DNA from: Acidimicrobiia bacterium
GTDB lineage: Bacteria > Actinomycetota > Acidimicrobiia > Spongiisociales > UBA4744
DNA length: 64,000 nucleotides
Reading direction: 5' to 3'
NCBI GenBank assembly: GCA_029863625.1
Contig: JAOTUY010000009.1
Coordinates: forward strand, 1,523-65,522
Made by a program: the position numbers and the translations under genes. Position 1 is the stretch's first letter. Each line of letters begins with the position of its first letter. Below are positions 61,828-64,000 of this stretch, piece by piece. Below the pieces are notes generated by a model, which did no database searches, was not told the DNA's origin, and saw only the letters and a program-made list of their open reading frames with translations.

Positions 61828-63038
61828 AACCGGGGATTGCGGCGCGAACCGCCGCCCGGTTGATTGTGACCCGGGTGCTCCGATCGGGCGCCTACTCCAA
61901 TCTGGTGGTGCGGAGTGTGATACGGGATCTACCCCCCGCCGATGCTCGCCTGGCTCAACGTCTCGCCTACGACACCATCCGCAACCTCTTGAGGATCGAC
62001 CGCACAATCGCGTCGGTGAGCACCCGACCGTTGCACAAGATTCAGGACCATGTGCTCGACACGCTTCGGGTGGGCGTCAACGAGGTGCTCTTCGCCCGAA
62101 CAGCCGACCATGCCGCGGTCGACTCCACCGTTGAGGTGGCGAGAGCCATCCAACCCGGCGCGACCGGTTTCTGTAATGCAATTCTTCGGGCGGTGGTCAC
62201 CGGTGGCGAGCCACCCCTACCGGAGGGCGACCAGGGAACAGCGCTGCGATGGGGCCAACCGCTGTGGATATATGAACTGCTGGGGGAAGCTTGGGATTGG
62301 GGCGAGGCGGAGGCCTTCTTGGCCGCCTCGCAGATGGACGCACCCCGGACGGCCCGCCTTCGCGCGGGTCAAGCTCCGGAGACGGCACGACCGGTGGCAG
62401 GTATCAGCGGCGCGTATGTCTTGGATTCGTCGGAAGCAGTCCCGGACAACATGCAGGTTCAGGACGGCGCATCAATCGCAGTGAGCCTGGCTTTGGACCC
62501 GCACCCGGCCGATCGCATACTGGATCTGGCGGCCGCTCCCGCGGGCAAAGCTCTGCACATAGCGGATGTGATGGACAACCACGGTGTGGTCATCGCCTCC
62601 GACCGTCACCTCCGCCGGGTCGCCGCGGCTGCTCGTCGCATGCAAGATGGCCCGGTCCGCTGGTGCGTAGCGGACGGCCGCCAGACCCCGTACCGGTCAG
62701 ATTCGTTCGATCGGGTGCTGGTGGATGCACCCTGTTCCGGATGGGGGACCTTGCGGCGGCGCCCCGAGGTCCGTTTCCGGACAGAACTTACCGACCTGAC
62801 CAACCTGTCCGGCCTCCAGGCTCAGATGGTGAACGAAGCCCTCCGGGTAGTGAAGCCCGGCGGCTTGGTCGTGTATTCGGTCTGCACGGTGACCCCCCAA
62901 GAAACCATCTGTGTCATCGAAGGTTTGCAGACCGAACCGATTACAGGTCTGCCGGGCCGCCCTTGGGGCGGAGGCTGGCTACTGGCACCGCATCTTACGG
63001 GTACGGACGGCATGTTCATCACCAGAATCCGGGGATAG
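61824..63038 (+). CDS. rsmB: 16S rRNA (cytosine967-C5)-methyltransferase RsmB/Sun family
   Basis: NusB-like N-domain. SAM-MTase motifs DLAAAPAGK, VLVDAPCSG(W)GTLRRRPE (the catalytic Cys context) and VYSVCT. Confidence 0.85.
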   Translation: MKPGIAARTAARLIVTRVLRSGAYSNLVVRSVIRDLPPADARLAQRLAYDTIRNLLRIDRTIASVSTRPLHKIQDHVLDTLRVGVNEVLFARTADHAAVDSTVEVARAIQPGATGFCNAILRAVVTGGEPPLPEGDQGTALRWGQPLWIYELLGEAWDWGEAEAFLAASQMDAPRTARLRAGQAPETARPVAGISGAYVLDSSEAVPDNMQVQDGASIAVSLALDPHPADRILDLAAAPAGKALHIADVMDNHGVVIASDRHLRRVAAAARRMQDGPVRWCVADGRQTPYRSDSFDRVLVDAPCSGWGTLRRRPEVRFRTELTDLTNLSGLQAQMVNEALRVVKPGGLVVYSVCTVTPQETICVIEGLQTEPITGLPGRPWGGGWLLAPHLTGTDGMFITRIRG

Positions 63039-63056
63039 GAGGTTTACACTCGCCGG

Positions 63057-63722
63057 ATGAAGCCCGCCCGGATTGCGCCTTCCTTGCTGGCCGCCGATTT
63101 TGCCCGGCTCGGCGAAGATGTGCAGAGGATCGAGCCCGACGTCGATATGCTGCATCTCGATGTGATGGACGGGCATTTCGTCCCGAACATCAGTTTTGGT
63201 ATGCCGGTAATCGCTTCGCTGCGCGCCGCAACCACCGTTTACTTCGATTGTCACCTGATGACCACCAATCCAGACGTCTACCTGGAAGACCTCAAAGAGG
63301 CCGGAGCCGATCTGGTCACCGTTCACATCGAAGTGGTTCCCAACCCCACCAACATTGCCAGAAGGGCCAGGGAAATCGGGCTCGATTTTGGGTTAGTGAT
63401 AAGCCCCTCCACACCCTTCGCGGGTGTGGAACCGTTCGTGGAACTGACGGACCTCCTTCTTGTCATGTCGGTGCACCCCGGCTTCGGAGGCCAGTCGTTC
63501 ATGCCCGAAGTCCTGCCGAGAATTGAAGCCGCGAGAAATTACATTGATTCGCATGCACTTTCGGTCGATATAGAAGTCGACGGCGGCATAACCGCCCAGA
63601 CGGCTCCGTTGGCCAGGCAGGCCGGCGCTGAGGTCTTTGTCGCCGGGACGGCGATCTTCAGGGATCCCGACCCACGTGCGGCAGTCCGTCGGTTGAGAGA
63701 CGCGATCGAAGCAGTGGAGTGA
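63057..63722 (+). CDS. rpe: Ribulose-phosphate 3-epimerase
   Basis: IAPSLLAADF, HLDVMDGHFVPN, TVHIE and VMSVHPGFGGQ. Confidence 0.9.
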   Translation: MKPARIAPSLLAADFARLGEDVQRIEPDVDMLHLDVMDGHFVPNISFGMPVIASLRAATTVYFDCHLMTTNPDVYLEDLKEAGADLVTVHIEVVPNPTNIARRAREIGLDFGLVISPSTPFAGVEPFVELTDLLLVMSVHPGFGGQSFMPEVLPRIEAARNYIDSHALSVDIEVDGGITAQTAPLARQAGAEVFVAGTAIFRDPDPRAAVRRLRDAIEAVE

Positions 63723-63723
63723 G

Positions 63724-64000
63724 ATGCCGGAAAGAATCCTGGTTGCAGACGACGACCCGGACATCCTTCAGTTCGTCAGGGTGAATCTGGAACTCGAAGG
63801 TTTCGAGGTCGACGTCGCCCATGACGGGAAGGAAGCCATAGCCAAGGTGATGGCTTCGCCGCCCGATCTGGTGCTCCTCGACGTGATGATGCCTGAGATG
63901 GACGGGCTCACAGCCTTGCGACGCCTGCGTATGCACCCCGCCGCCACCAACACATCGGTGATCCTGTTGACTGCGAAGACCCTTCCTGAGGACCGAGTGC
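63724..64000 (+). CDS. Response regulator, receiver domain (partial; runs off the window end)
   Basis: MPERILVADDDPDILQFVRVNLELEGFEV...DLVLLDVMMPEMDG is a canonical CheY-like receiver with the phospho-acceptor Asp in LLDVMMP. Confidence 0.8.
   Translation, partial: MPERILVADDDPDILQFVRVNLELEGFEVDVAHDGKEAIAKVMASPPDLVLLDVMMPEMDGLTALRRLRMHPAATNTSVILLTAKTLPEDRV

Overview
The window is about 64 kb of high-GC (roughly 68%) actinobacterial chromosome. Almost every gene is on the + strand in tight, often overlapping (ATGA/GTGA-coupled) operons. The backbone is a conserved housekeeping array whose order mirrors the Mycobacterium-type actinobacterial core: phosphatidylinositol-mannoside genes (pgsA, an acyltransferase, pimA), pdxS-pdxT-yebC, dapB, ruvCAB, queA-tgt, yajC-secD-secF, apt-relA, hisS-aspS-rarA, alaS-ruvX-mltG-aroE, aroC-aroK-aroB, efp-nusB, pyrR-pyrB-pyrC-carA-carB-pyrD-pyrF, then mihF-gmk-rpoZ-coaBC-metK-priA-def-fmt-rsmB-rpe and a partial response regulator. 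Two accessory insertions interrupt this backbone. (1) A complete type IV pilus locus sits between aroE and aroC at 32.3-42.2 kb. It comprises a DUF4388/wHTH protein, pilB, a PilT carrying an N-terminal MshEN-like c-di-GMP-type domain, pilC, the major pilin pilA, pilD, pilM, pilN, pilO and a PilP-like protein, with no secretin. (2) A three-gene minor-pilin operon sits between relA and hisS at 18.1-22.0 kb. It encodes a 558-aa modular pilin, a PilW-like pilin and a PilX-like protein. Both pilin promoter regions share an AT-rich palindromic core, TGACTAGTCA, which is a candidate common operator. Other notable items are a pyrR leader containing a PyrR-box-like hairpin, a 23-codon uORF and an intrinsic terminator; a PriA orthologue whose Walker A and DExH motifs are degenerate; and a 21-bp tandem repeat across the rarA stop codon. 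No tRNA genes, rRNA genes, CRISPR arrays or transposases were seen. The many long antisense ORFs in the six-frame track are attributed to high GC content.
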